Shown: one piece after another, positions 26,158 through 35,593 of the stretch
Layout: each line of letters starts with the position of its first letter
Numbering within the stretch: the stretch's first letter is position 1
Sequence record: MF153391.1
DNA: 44,517 nucleotides
Reading direction: 5' to 3' (one strand)
Source of the DNA: Escherichia phage ST20
Notes under the pieces: model-generated
Database searches by the model: none
What the model saw: only the letters and a program-made list of their open reading frames with translations
What the model was told of the DNA's origin: nothing
Translations under genes and position numbers: made by a program

Positions 26158-28430
26158 TATTTAAACCCCGGCGCGTTTCTTGTGGCCTTGCGGGCCTTGC
26201 TAATCTTACTGTTGCTGTTCTGCAAAGAGGCCGCCACTTGCTCCTCGATGATGATACGCAGACGGCCTTCATCATCTTGTTCGGTGGATACGCGGCCAAT
26301 CTGACTCGATGTGTTATTTACAATGGTAACATTAGACGGGCCGGAAGAAGACCCGTTTTGCCCCATAATTTCTCTCATCTGCTGTGCTGTGCGTACACGC
26401 GACGCGCCAGCGGGCATGATAACTTCTGGTTTACCGCGTTCGGCGATGGTGGAAGCCTGCCCTGCGGATAACTGGCCACCCTGTTCACGTGCTGAACGGA
26501 TGGCAGAAACCTGCGCCATACCTGCCCCAACGGCAGCGGCAGCAGCTACAGGAGCCAGGAACGGGCCAACTACAGGGATAGCCGCCGTGGACTTGTACGC
26601 CTCGATAGCTGCGGTGTACGTGGCTATGGTGGCCTGTACGATAGCGAATGCCTTATACGCACCAGAAGCCTCACCCAACGCGGCCCCGATGTTTGAAGCC
26701 ATGTTACCGAAGGCGGTTGCCGTTGCGTCGGCACGCTTGGTTGCGTATTGCTCGTTGATGGCGTTAAGCGCGGCCTGATACTGCTTCTCACTAATAAGCC
26801 CTTGCTCACGGTACTTATCTGCGACCGCCAGTTTCTGCTGCTCCTGGATATCAAGAAGCTCAAGCTCCGTGGCGTTCTGGCCCATAATCTGAGCCATGAA
26901 GTCGTCACCTTTCTGCTGTTTTTCTTGGGCTTCTTTCTGGCGCTTATCCAGTTCATCTTGTCGTTTTTGCCCTGCTTCTAGGACAATAGCCGTTTTTGCT
27001 TGCTCGTATTCTTTCAGTGACAGCGCGCCCTGGCTGTAGAACTCTTTTGCCTTAGCCAGTTTCTGCTGTTCCTGCGCGTTAATAGCCTTTAACTCATCGT
27101 TGTTCTGACGAGCCAAAGTGTCCAGATAATCTTGGGCCTGCTTACGCAATTGCTCTGCTTTCTTGGCGGCGGCTTTTGCTGCTTTATCGTCGGCGTTTCC
27201 GGTGCCACCAGTTCCGTCCTTTTTATTAACAAGGCTGGCTAAGTCAATCTCTTGCTTCTTGCGCTCATCATACTGCTTGCGCTGTTCCTCGATTTCTTTC
27301 TTACGCTGTTTCGAGCGGTCAGTTATTGCCTGTGATTCGGCCTCTGCACGTTTTATGCTGGCGGCGTATGCGGCGTCGGCCTCCGCGGTCAGGTTTTTAA
27401 ACGTGAGCGCTGCTGTTTTGCTCGGGTCAAACACGTCGGCAAGGGTCCGGCCTAACGCTACGGCGTAATCGTCAATGCGCTGGAACCACGCAATAACCTC
27501 GTGGAATGTCTGCTGGATGTCAGGCAACCACTCTCGGATGGCGTCAGGGATAGTTCCCAGCGAGTCTGACATATCCGCGGATTTGTCCTCGGTGTCGTAT
27601 GCCAGGTCGTTCAAAGCGTCAGAAATAAACTTGAACGACTCATTGAACAGCGTCGCCCAATCCTGGAGTGTGGCGGCTATCTCATTAGATGCGATGGCGT
27701 CGGTAAGCGCCGTTACAGCGTCTTCCGCCATCGCTGCTTGCTCACCTACGGCATCACCAAAACCGGATTGCGCTACCGCAAGAACAAGGCCGTCGAAGGA
27801 GTCGGCGAGGCTCGATAACTGACCATCTAAGGTCTTCGAACGCGTCTCCATCGCTCCGGCGAAATCAGTGTTACCGATATTTAGCAGGTATTTCTGAATC
27901 TCTTCTGAGTTCTTTTTAACCGTGGTTGTTACGCCGCGGAACGTAAACGAAACTGTATCCGCCTGTTGGGAAGACTTGATACCGAACTCTTTTAAGCGCT
28001 CAAATTCAAAGGTACTGGCGTCCGCCACGGCCTCAATCATCTGATTAAGGTCTTTACCCATAGCAGCCGCGGTGTTGCCGTAGGAGATTAATGCCTCTTT
28101 GCTGGGGTTCAGACCGAGGGCTACAAGTTTAGTGAAGCCTTCTACCGCCTGATTGAGGCCATACGGGGTTTCTTTTGCGAACTGTTGCAGGACGCTGAAC
28201 GCCTTAGCCGCGTTCTCTGCGCTTCCGGTCATTGTGATGAGGCCGGAATTCAGCTTATCGAAGTTGCGCTGAGAGTCCACCAGCGCGCTGAACACCTGCT
28301 TAGCGGTTTCCAGACTGACAACGGCAGCGGCAGCAGCCCCCGCTGCCTTAGTAAGCCCGTTCAGTTGGGATGTGGTTTTATCGACGCCGGTCGATGATAC
28401 TCGTACTATCAAGCTAGCGGTATCAGCCAT
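26157..28430 (-). CDS. Tail tape measure protein
   Basis: ORF track 26157..28445 (start taken at MADTASL); about 757 aa, Ala/Gln/Lys-rich coiled-coil segments; follows the chaperone pair. Confidence 0.75.
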   Translation of the reverse strand: MADTASLIVRVSSTGVDKTTSQLNGLTKAAGAAAAAVVSLETAKQVFSALVDSQRNFDKLNSGLITMTGSAENAAKAFSVLQQFAKETPYGLNQAVEGFTKLVALGLNPSKEALISYGNTAAAMGKDLNQMIEAVADASTFEFERLKEFGIKSSQQADTVSFTFRGVTTTVKKNSEEIQKYLLNIGNTDFAGAMETRSKTLDGQLSSLADSFDGLVLAVAQSGFGDAVGEQAAMAEDAVTALTDAIASNEIAATLQDWATLFNESFKFISDALNDLAYDTEDKSADMSDSLGTIPDAIREWLPDIQQTFHEVIAWFQRIDDYAVALGRTLADVFDPSKTAALTFKNLTAEADAAYAASIKRAEAESQAITDRSKQRKKEIEEQRKQYDERKKQEIDLASLVNKKDGTGGTGNADDKAAKAAAKKAEQLRKQAQDYLDTLARQNNDELKAINAQEQQKLAKAKEFYSQGALSLKEYEQAKTAIVLEAGQKRQDELDKRQKEAQEKQQKGDDFMAQIMGQNATELELLDIQEQQKLAVADKYREQGLISEKQYQAALNAINEQYATKRADATATAFGNMASNIGAALGEASGAYKAFAIVQATIATYTAAIEAYKSTAAIPVVGPFLAPVAAAAAVGAGMAQVSAIRSAREQGGQLSAGQASTIAERGKPEVIMPAGASRVRTAQQMREIMGQNGSSSGPSNVTIVNNTSSQIGRVSTEQDDEGRLRIIIEEQVAASLQNSNSKISKARKATRNAPGFK

Positions 28431-28755
28431 GATTTCTACCTTCAAAGATTGCTTCTAAGCCCATGATAACGTCTATCTCGAACAGGCTAAGCTGTTTTTG
28501 CGTAACATCGAGATAGGCTTTCAGGTCTTGCCACGTAACGGATTCTCTTGCAAACAATACTACAGCGTCCTCGCGCACGTGTCGCGTAAACTTAATGTCA
28601 CAGTACGTCTCAAAGGTGGATATAAAAAGGGGCGGGCATTCTGGCCCACCCCGTCGCGCTGCACGTTTTTTCTTATCGATTACACCCATCGCGATAAGCG
28701 CCTGTTCGTGTCCGTCGGCTATAGAATCAAACTCTCTGATTTTATGCTTATCCAC
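28423..28755 (-). CDS. Tail assembly chaperone, frameshift extension (T-like)
   Basis: ORF track; no SD; this frame is open upstream to 28818 and overlaps the last codons of the 28788-29204 gene in the -1 frame. Confidence 0.4.
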   Translation of the reverse strand: MDKHKIREFDSIADGHEQALIAMGVIDKKKRAARRGGPECPPLFISTFETYCDIKFTRHVREDAVVLFARESVTWQDLKAYLDVTQKQLSLFEIDVIMGLEAIFEGRNHG

Positions 28756-28787
28756 AAACTCGTAGGTGGCGAACCTGTACAGCGCGT

Positions 28788-29204
28788 CTACTTTTCCTGT
28801 AATGCTTTGCGTTCGGCGTTATGGAACGCCGCCACCTGTGTACCTAATGCCTTGAACTGGTCCAGCAATTTGTTAAATGCTTCTTTAGAGAAAGGCTCAT
28901 CAAAGCTCCAGCCGTTTACGACTTCTGCCGCGAGTTGTCGATTGAGGTCTTCCGCCAGTTCGTTGACCGCCAGGTTATATTCAGTATAGTCGCCGGATTC
29001 TTTGGCGGCTTTTTCCAGTTCTTCGAAACGCGCCAGCCCGCGTCGGTACGCGATAATGAAAGCACGCCCTGCTTTAACGGCGGCATCTGCATCGGGACTT
29101 ACGACGTTAAGCCACTCACCAGAGTCTTCGCCGTTTGGTAGTAGAATCGGCATCTTCTTGCCTACCAGTGCTTTCTCTTCGAAATAAAAATCAGAAAGTT
29201 TCAT
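28788..29204 (-). CDS. Tail assembly chaperone (G-like)
   Basis: ORF track 138 aa; acidic; AAGGA upstream; directly upstream of the T-like frame and the tape measure gene. Confidence 0.45.
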   Translation of the reverse strand: MKLSDFYFEEKALVGKKMPILLPNGEDSGEWLNVVSPDADAAVKAGRAFIIAYRRGLARFEELEKAAKESGDYTEYNLAVNELAEDLNRQLAAEVVNGWSFDEPFSKEAFNKLLDQFKALGTQVAAFHNAERKALQEK

Positions 29205-29312
29205 TCTTTAATCCTTTGGTTAAGAGGTTACTGGTTAACGGTAAATGCGCCAGACGGGAACCACCCGCTTTTCGTGTGCGACACTAGGCGCAAACTTATT
29301 CTAGCACACTAC

Positions 29313-29341
29313 TTGCACACCCCAATATAATAGGGTACTAT
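29313..29341 (+). promoter_or_regulatory. Rightward promoter TTGCAC-17-TACTAT with inverted repeat TAATAG-GGTA-CTATTC, driving the accessory cassette
   Basis: Direct reading; near-identical to the leftward promoters at 5170-5198 and 6504-6532. Confidence 0.55.
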
Positions 29342-29371
29342 TCACCTACACCAACAATGAAGGAGTTTAAA

Positions 29372-29563
29372 ATGTCCAGTTTACCAGTTTCCTTAATTCT
29401 GTTTGCACTGCTCGCCTATTTCGCACCTTTCCTGGTTGCGTATTTCCGCGACCATAAAGCGAAGTTAGCGATATTCATGGCCAACCTGTTTCTTGGCTGG
29501 ATTCTGCTGCCGTGGGTATTTATTTTAATCTGGGCTTGCAACTCGAATGTCAAAGAGAAGTGA
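29372..29563 (+). CDS. Small membrane protein with two transmembrane segments
   Basis: ORF track 29357..29563; ATG at 29372 preceded by AGGAG at 7 nt. Confidence 0.5.
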   Translation: MSSLPVSLILFALLAYFAPFLVAYFRDHKAKLAIFMANLFLGWILLPWVFILIWACNSNVKEK

Positions 29564-29600
29564 GCTAGTATAGGACAAATCCTAAGCGTGAGGAATAAGC

Positions 29601-30731
29601 ATGGCCCGGAAGAAAATAACCGACGAACAGTTGCAGGAAGAATTGAACGCCGGTATGAAGAATATCGACATCGCCCGTAAATACGGCATCTCAGACCGCG
29701 TTATTCGCATCCGTAAAGCGAAGCTGGCAAAGAAAGGCGTAGGTCACGGGCGAGACGTTAGCCATCTTGTACCAGACGGCTACAAGATTAAAGGCACGTC
29801 GTCACTGGTGGACGAGTTCGGCAACACTAAGTTGCAATGGGTTAAGACTGACACTGACGCCGAACGTCAGGTTGAGTTGATGAAAGCCGTAATCGAGGGC
29901 ATGAAGTCAGAGATTACCCCCGTTGCACCTGTTAAAGCGACCCGAGCCAAACGCGACGATAAACTGCTTAATCTTTACACTGTATCTGATTTCCATCTAG
30001 GTATGCTGGCATGGGCCGACGAGAGTGGCGACGACTGGGACATGAAGATTGCGGAAGACCTGTTCTCCAGCTGGTTCGATGCTGCGTTTCAGAAAGCGCC
30101 GGATGCAGGAACAGGAGTTATTAATCTGCTGGGCGACCTCGCTCACTTCGATAGTCTGGACGCGGTTACGCCGGCGAGCGGCCATATTCTTGACGCGGAC
30201 ACGCGCTATCAGAAACTGGTCCGCTACATGATTCGTATGGTACGTCGTGTCGTTGATATGGCTCTTGTTAAGCATAAAACTGTTCGCTTGCTTATCGTGC
30301 AAGGGAACCACGACGAATCGGGTATGATTTGGTTGTCTGAGATGTTCAGTACGCTGTACGACAATGAGCCTCGTGTGCTCGTCGATACGTCGCCGGATGT
30401 TTACAAGATGGTGCAACACGGCAAAACGACGCTGTTCTTCCATCATGGGCATAAAGCACGCTTCGACGCTATTGAGCCTGTTATGATTGCCAAGTTCCGC
30501 AAAGCGTTCGGCGAGAGTGTTTACAGCTACGCCCACGTAGGCCACCTGCACCATCAGAAGATTGTAGAAAGCCGTAACATGATTGTTGAGCAACACCGCA
30601 CCCTGGCGGCTAAAGACGCCTACGCCTCCCGCGGCGGATGGATGTCAGGCCGTAGTGCAAATGTAATTACTTATAGCGCCGAATATGGCGAGGTCGCACG
30701 TTTAACTATTTCACCGGAGATGCTTGGATGA
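29601..30731 (+). CDS. Calcineurin-like metallophosphoesterase with N-terminal helix-turn-helix domain
   Basis: ORF track 376 aa; metallophosphatase motifs DFHLG, GDLAHFD, GNHDE, GHLHH; N-terminal IARKYGISDRVIRIRKAKL. Confidence 0.6.
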   Translation: MARKKITDEQLQEELNAGMKNIDIARKYGISDRVIRIRKAKLAKKGVGHGRDVSHLVPDGYKIKGTSSLVDEFGNTKLQWVKTDTDAERQVELMKAVIEGMKSEITPVAPVKATRAKRDDKLLNLYTVSDFHLGMLAWADESGDDWDMKIAEDLFSSWFDAAFQKAPDAGTGVINLLGDLAHFDSLDAVTPASGHILDADTRYQKLVRYMIRMVRRVVDMALVKHKTVRLLIVQGNHDESGMIWLSEMFSTLYDNEPRVLVDTSPDVYKMVQHGKTTLFFHHGHKARFDAIEPVMIAKFRKAFGESVYSYAHVGHLHHQKIVESRNMIVEQHRTLAAKDAYASRGGWMSGRSANVITYSAEYGEVARLTISPEMLG

Positions 30732-31216
30732 AAGATATTGTTATTTTCGATTTAGACGGGACATTGGCGGATGGTACTCATCGTTTACATCTGCTGCCGA
30801 AAGATAACTATGGCGAAACCTGGGCGTGGAAGCCTTTTAACATGGCCTGTAAAGATGATGCGCCGATATATGACAACATTCACTTGTGCAACACACTGTG
30901 GCATACCGGGATGACCATAATAATCCTTACCGGGCGCAGTGATGATGCTGAGGATGAGACTCGTAAATGGTTGCGAGAAAATAACGTTAAGTTTGACACG
31001 CTGATAATGCGCAGCAAACACGTCAACAGAAAAGACATCGTAATTAAAGAAGAAGTGTTGCGCGCTATCGGGCTGGAAAGAATCTTGTGTGCATTCGATG
31101 ATTCTCCGGCGGTAATAAAGCATTTCCGCGAACTCGGCATAACCACTCACGCGGTTACTGAATACGACTGTAACGGGAACTCAACACACTTAAAACCACA
31201 TGGGAGCGATAAATAA
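30728..31216 (+). CDS. HAD-family phosphatase resembling the T4 polynucleotide kinase 3'-phosphatase domain
   Basis: ORF track 162 aa; VIFDLDGTLA, IIILTGRSD, KDIVIKEEVL, CAFDDSPAVIKHFRELGI compared from memory with the T4 Pnk phosphatase domain. Confidence 0.55.
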   Translation: MKDIVIFDLDGTLADGTHRLHLLPKDNYGETWAWKPFNMACKDDAPIYDNIHLCNTLWHTGMTIIILTGRSDDAEDETRKWLRENNVKFDTLIMRSKHVNRKDIVIKEEVLRAIGLERILCAFDDSPAVIKHFRELGITTHAVTEYDCNGNSTHLKPHGSDK

Positions 31217-31785
31217 TGGCTAAGGTAATTATTCTTAATGGCCCTGCGGGTTGCGGGAAAGACACGCTTGCTATGGCACTGGTAGAAATGGGCTTTGCAA
31301 AAGGAACTGCCAGTTTCAAGAATCCAATGTTCAATATTGCTTTGGCAGCGTTAGGCCCGGATGCTTACCATGAGTTTCTCGACGGCTACGACGACCGGGC
31401 GCGTAAAGAAAAGCCAGAAGGCTTCCTTAACGGCTTGTCGCGACGTCAGTTCATGGTTGCTATCTCTGAGCAATTCATTAAACCTGTACTCGGTAGTGAT
31501 TATTTCGGTAAGTATCTTGCTGAAAACTTGCCAGACGGCAACGAAGTTTTTGTAGTGTCCGACGGTGGATTCGCCAGTGAAGTAGCCCCTATCATCGCCG
31601 CGGGGCATGATGTGAGAATCGTTCGCTTGCACAGAGACGGCTATACGTTTGAAGGGGACAGCCGTGGTTATCTGTATGATATTGATGGTGCGGTATGTCA
31701 TGACGTCGCCGTCATTCCGGGCGAGATTACATTAACAGCGGCCGTGATTGCTAATAGAATCCTGGGGATTTACCCAAATGCGTGA
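31216..31785 (+). CDS. P-loop kinase, dNMP-kinase-like (resembles T4 gp1)
   Basis: ORF track 189 aa; Walker A GPAGCGKDT; segments VFVVSDGGFASEV and GHDVRIVRLHRDG compared from memory with T4 gp1. Confidence 0.5.
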   Translation: MAKVIILNGPAGCGKDTLAMALVEMGFAKGTASFKNPMFNIALAALGPDAYHEFLDGYDDRARKEKPEGFLNGLSRRQFMVAISEQFIKPVLGSDYFGKYLAENLPDGNEVFVVSDGGFASEVAPIIAAGHDVRIVRLHRDGYTFEGDSRGYLYDIDGAVCHDVAVIPGEITLTAAVIANRILGIYPNA

Positions 31786-31954
31786 AGGCACAATGGGAAC
31801 AATATACGTTATCCGCGTATATGACGAAGAATGGGATGAATGGGTTGATATTTACGCCGTAGGTAGCAAGGAAGAGGCCTCTAAAGAAATGACAGAACGA
31901 AGTGACCGAGGCCAGTTAACTAACTTCTACGAAATGCCATTCAAAAGTGAGTAA
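31778..31954 (+). CDS. Hypothetical acidic protein, last gene of the cassette
   Basis: ORF track 31748..31954; ATG at 31778 or 31793. Confidence 0.35.
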   Translation: MREGTMGTIYVIRVYDEEWDEWVDIYAVGSKEEASKEMTERSDRGQLTNFYEMPFKSE

Positions 31955-31957
31955 GAA

Positions 31958-31984
31958 AAGGCCCCGAAAGGGGCCTTAGTTTTA
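31958..31984. terminator. Bidirectional terminator
   Basis: Stem AAGGCCCC/GGGGCCTT with loop GAAA, followed by AGTTTTA; near-identical to 19651-19677. Confidence 0.65.
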
Positions 31985-33157
31985 TGCGTAGGTAATACGC
32001 TGGATAACAATAGACGACTGGTACTGGTTGCCGGTAGCCTGCCCTTCAATGGACTGAGTGATTGACTCAGGCCCGCCAATCTCTGGTGTGACTGCCGTAA
32101 GCTCTGCACGTTTCAGGCTGAAAGACATAGCCCCGTTTACCCCCGCCAGAATAGAGTTAATCTCCACCTGTTGCTCGTTGATAAACTTCTGAATCATCGC
32201 CATGTCATACAGCTTGCCGGAGATGGAGAATGTGTTAGCTGCACGGCCTCGCTCCACGAACGCGACGCTACTGTTGCCTAGTTCGAACTGCGCGGAAGCA
32301 CCGTTGTCGTTGGTGATGGTCAGGGTATCGCAACGCAACGGCGTAGAACCGTCGAACACAGACACATCTACGGACGAGAACGGCTCGTCAGTGAATGTGA
32401 CCTGAGAGAAATCAGAGCCAGACGGCGGAGCGGTGAGAATCTCCTGACTCAGGCCGATGAACGGGAAGCTGCCTGTCACCATCGCGTTTACGGCCTGCTC
32501 GATAGTAAAACCGGAGATTTCCACACCTTTGGTAAGCATGTACGCGTCAGGGTTGCCGCACTGGCCCTTGAACCATGTCAGGATGGAGAACGTCTTACAC
32601 GCATTACCGGTTTCCAGTTTGTCGCCGGTTTTGCCATCGGTCTCGATAGGGCCTTCGGCGGTAAGGGTGTGCTGAATGCCTGCGCCAGTAACCACAGTAG
32701 CTGTTACGGCAGTAACGATGAACGGCTTAGAGTTATCGCCAGTTAAAGCATCAAAATATAGAAGGTCCCCGACCTCTACGCCGTCAGTAATGAAACTACC
32801 AGTGCCGCGTGTGAAAGTTTTTGCTACCGGGTCTACCGTAATACCGACAGCGGATAAGGTTACCCCATCCTGCCACGTAGAAGTCATAGCGCCCGCAAGG
32901 AAATCATCCTGGCTACGGGAGCTAAGCTCGATAGCATATTCTCCGCTAACCTGCTTGTTGCCGGTGCGGATGGATGTAGTTTCACGGCTGCCGTCCAGCT
33001 CGTTGGAGGTCAGCGCATCGCGGGTTACCGCAGGAACGCCGCCCGTATTGCGCAACGGCGACCATACCGGGTTATCAGGTGTTACGCCCGGGGTCACTTC
33101 CGCCACATAGAATTGCGCGGTATTCGCGCCCTTAAAAGGAGTTGTAGCCATATTCAC
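31982..33157 (-). CDS. Major tail protein (V-like)
   Basis: ORF track 391 aa; Thr/Gly/Ser-rich; follows the tail terminator-like gene and precedes the chaperone genes in transcription order. Confidence 0.5.
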   Translation of the reverse strand: MNMATTPFKGANTAQFYVAEVTPGVTPDNPVWSPLRNTGGVPAVTRDALTSNELDGSRETTSIRTGNKQVSGEYAIELSSRSQDDFLAGAMTSTWQDGVTLSAVGITVDPVAKTFTRGTGSFITDGVEVGDLLYFDALTGDNSKPFIVTAVTATVVTGAGIQHTLTAEGPIETDGKTGDKLETGNACKTFSILTWFKGQCGNPDAYMLTKGVEISGFTIEQAVNAMVTGSFPFIGLSQEILTAPPSGSDFSQVTFTDEPFSSVDVSVFDGSTPLRCDTLTITNDNGASAQFELGNSSVAFVERGRAANTFSISGKLYDMAMIQKFINEQQVEINSILAGVNGAMSFSLKRAELTAVTPEIGGPESITQSIEGQATGNQYQSSIVIQRITYA

Positions 33158-33567
33158 AGCCTCTTGGTGAATGCAATAAAGTTAATAGACAATGGTCTTT
33201 TGGCCCATCCGTTTTCTACAATCAGCGGCCCCAGGCTAACCGATTGAACCTCGGCGCAGATGTCGTTACGCGAAAATGACTTACCTGCTTTAAACGCCGT
33301 GTTAAGTAAGTCTGCCATTTTATTGATTGGCGCGCTACCTTTCACCGATGCGTAGTTAATGTCAACCTGATAAATACCAGAGCGTTGTTCCGTGAAGAAC
33401 AAATCCGCCTGCTCTGTATCTGCCAGCAACATGTAACTTGCCAGATACGGCGTATCGGTTGACGTCGGCGCGTCGATGTTTTCAAGTGCTACCTTGATGC
33501 CGTTGGCGGTTCCGAAGGCTACCAGCGGCACATCAAACGCTTTTGTTAAATCCTCAAAGTAGCCCAT
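33154..33567 (-). CDS. Tail terminator-like protein
   Basis: ORF track 137 aa; position directly upstream of the major tail gene. Confidence 0.4.
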   Translation of the reverse strand: MGYFEDLTKAFDVPLVAFGTANGIKVALENIDAPTSTDTPYLASYMLLADTEQADLFFTEQRSGIYQVDINYASVKGSAPINKMADLLNTAFKAGKSFSRNDICAEVQSVSLGPLIVENGWAKRPLSINFIAFTKRL

Positions 33568-33962
33568 TATTTCACCTTGTTGGCTTCTTCGTTAATGAGT
33601 TGCTGGAAGCGAGACACATTAGTCCTGACAACCCCGGCTGGCGCCTGTTGTGACCAACCATACTCCAGCCGTTGTGCATACGGCAGATTATTTGTCAACG
33701 TGAACTCGCGCCAGTCGGCGGCTTTCAGCACGAAACTTGTAGCGTTTCCGATTGCTATGTTTCCTGATTTATCTGTAGCATCCGTAACCCCTGAAGCAGG
33801 ATTACCGCCAGACGCCATCCAGTTCATACGAAACCGACCAGTATCTACCGGACTCGCCTTTATGATAGCGGAAAACAGCTTGATAGACACCTGACGCATC
33901 ACCTTCTCAGGGTTCTTCTTCGCCTTTTCTACGAACTTAGAGACATCAAGCGCGAAACTCAT
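33567..33962 (-). CDS. Tail completion protein (HK97 gp10-like)
   Basis: ORF track 131 aa; SPVDTGRFRMNW segment; position. Confidence 0.45.
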   Translation of the reverse strand: MSFALDVSKFVEKAKKNPEKVMRQVSIKLFSAIIKASPVDTGRFRMNWMASGGNPASGVTDATDKSGNIAIGNATSFVLKAADWREFTLTNNLPYAQRLEYGWSQQAPAGVVRTNVSRFQQLINEEANKVK

Positions 33963-34318
33963 TTTCTTACCTGAATAAAGTAGGCCACGATATCATCGTT
34001 AACCATCTTCTTCTCGATAGCTACGACAGACCATTGCTCGCCACCGAATTGCACCTTGTCTTCCATCTTCGGAACGACACCGCAATCCGCTTTAACAATC
34101 ATGTCGCCCGCCTGAATCGTCGTACCGTTTACCAGTCCCGCGTTTACCGGAACCGGAACGGCCTTCAACGGCAGCACTTCATCCGTGGACCATACGTACT
34201 CGCCCAGAACTTCATCCCACACTTTCGAGCCAGCGCGAATCAGAGATACCGTGCTACCGAATTTGGTTAGCAGGCGCGTACCCACGCCTTGCATACGTTT
34301 ACTGAAAGCTGTGCCCAT
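33959..34318 (-). CDS. Head closure / head-tail joining protein
   Basis: ORF track 33959..34372, internal ATG at 34318. Confidence 0.35.
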   Translation of the reverse strand: MGTAFSKRMQGVGTRLLTKFGSTVSLIRAGSKVWDEVLGEYVWSTDEVLPLKAVPVPVNAGLVNGTTIQAGDMIVKADCGVVPKMEDKVQFGGEQWSVVAIEKKMVNDDIVAYFIQVRK

Positions 34319-34932
34319 TACGCGGCCTCCAGTCTCGAGATAACCAGTAGAGCGGAGGGCGCTGTACCCCATGCGGTTACGGTAGCCGCTTGCGGGTATA
34401 CGCCGCCGAAGTTGCTTCCGGCGCTATCTCGCATAATCTGAACGGCAAACGTCTGGCCAGCGGCGGGGTTGATAACGACGCGGGATTCAATCGGTATTGT
34501 TACGTCGGCGCTTACCAGCTTAGTTGCTGCAGGAGAGCCGTACTGAGCACCGTTTACTAAAATACGTGATAGCAGGATGGACGTCCCGCTCGCACCAGTG
34601 CGCCCCGCCTGTAACTTGATGCGAACGGCGTAGTTACCTGCGGTGTTGAACGTAACCAGCCCCGCAGCATTTATCATTACAGTGTCGGATGCGCTACCCT
34701 GAGCGGAGCCGAAAGTTAACTGCAACGCCGTGTCCGTCGCGGTTGGCGCTTGTATTACGGTAGACGCAGCGCGGAGGACTTCAACCTCTTTAACCCCCGG
34801 AGTGGCATAGATAGGAGAGTCCGCCATCTGTGTCATTACTTCGCGTAACTTCTCGGGTGTGATAAGCCCGGTGGTGTTATCTGGAAGGTTCTCACCGATG
34901 AGGGTAAACATCTCTGTTTTAGTCTTCGCCAT
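34318..34932 (-). CDS. Hypothetical structural protein (neck region)
   Basis: ORF track 204 aa; Ala/Thr/Gly-rich. Confidence 0.4.
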   Translation of the reverse strand: MAKTKTEMFTLIGENLPDNTTGLITPEKLREVMTQMADSPIYATPGVKEVEVLRAASTVIQAPTATDTALQLTFGSAQGSASDTVMINAAGLVTFNTAGNYAVRIKLQAGRTGASGTSILLSRILVNGAQYGSPAATKLVSADVTIPIESRVVINPAAGQTFAVQIMRDSAGSNFGGVYPQAATVTAWGTAPSALLVISRLEAA

Positions 34933-34934
34933 TT

Positions 34935-35444
34935 TTAACCCCGGTACACGTTAAACGAGAAGCCATTGTTAAGACCACCACACAGTAACGGGCGTAAGGC
35001 GTCGTCCGCAGCGGTAATCGCGGTCGTAGCCCCACTGCTGCCGTTGTTGAAGTAGGTGACGGTTACTGCGCCCTCTACGCGCTCAGTCTGCACAGCGCGA
35101 CCGTCAGAGTTAGCCCGCACTTCCGTACCTGCGCCATATGTAACCGCGGCGATTACTTGCGCCCGGATTAACTGCGCCGGAATAACATTATCTGCTACCG
35201 GGAACCCGTTTAACGTTACCCCGGTACGAGGGTACGCAAGAGACTGTTCGGCGGATACGCGACGCCCGCACATCTGCGGTTCTGCAAGCCCGACATAAGT
35301 AGCGCCGTTGCGCAGAGCTACTTCTGCGGCGGTATCGTCTTCCGGTAGCTCAAGGCCATAATTAGCCGCTAACGCGCGGGCGTCCGCTAATGAGATGTAC
35401 GAATCGGCCCCCTCTATAATTTGGCCTGTTTCTACAATTAACAT
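34935..35444 (-). CDS. Putative head-tail connector protein
   Basis: ORF track 169 aa; position between the capsid-side genes and the neck genes. Confidence 0.35.
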   Translation of the reverse strand: MLIVETGQIIEGADSYISLADARALAANYGLELPEDDTAAEVALRNGATYVGLAEPQMCGRRVSAEQSLAYPRTGVTLNGFPVADNVIPAQLIRAQVIAAVTYGAGTEVRANSDGRAVQTERVEGAVTVTYFNNGSSGATTAITAADDALRPLLCGGLNNGFSFNVYRG

Positions 35445-35590
35445 TTATCACCACCCACGTATCTGATTGCGCCGCATTTTGTGCACTCTTGGCAGTATCG
35501 CTTGTAATTTCTACCAATTATCTCGTCACCATACACGACTCTTACCGTTAGGTATTTGTGGATACAGAGCAAGCGCCGCATGATATTCAT
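35438..35590 (-). CDS. Hypothetical 50-aa Cys-rich protein
   Basis: Hand translation MNIMRRLLCIHKYLTVRVVYGDEIIGRNYKRYCQECTKCGAIRYVGGDKC; stop overlaps the start of the next gene. Confidence 0.25.
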   Translation of the reverse strand: MNIMRRLLCIHKYLTVRVVYGDEIIGRNYKRYCQECTKCGAIRYVGGDKC

Positions 35591-35593
35591 GCC

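Noticed and set aside
26311-26778. Ala-rich plus-strand ORFs inside the tape measure gene (also 27163-27822)
   Set aside because: Antisense to the tape measure gene; composition mirrors the Ala-rich coding strand
31216-31785. Polynucleotide kinase (Pnk kinase domain) as the identity of the P-loop kinase
   Set aside because: By eye the match is better to T4 dNMP kinase gp1 than to the Pnk kinase domain; left as dNMP-kinase-like pending a search
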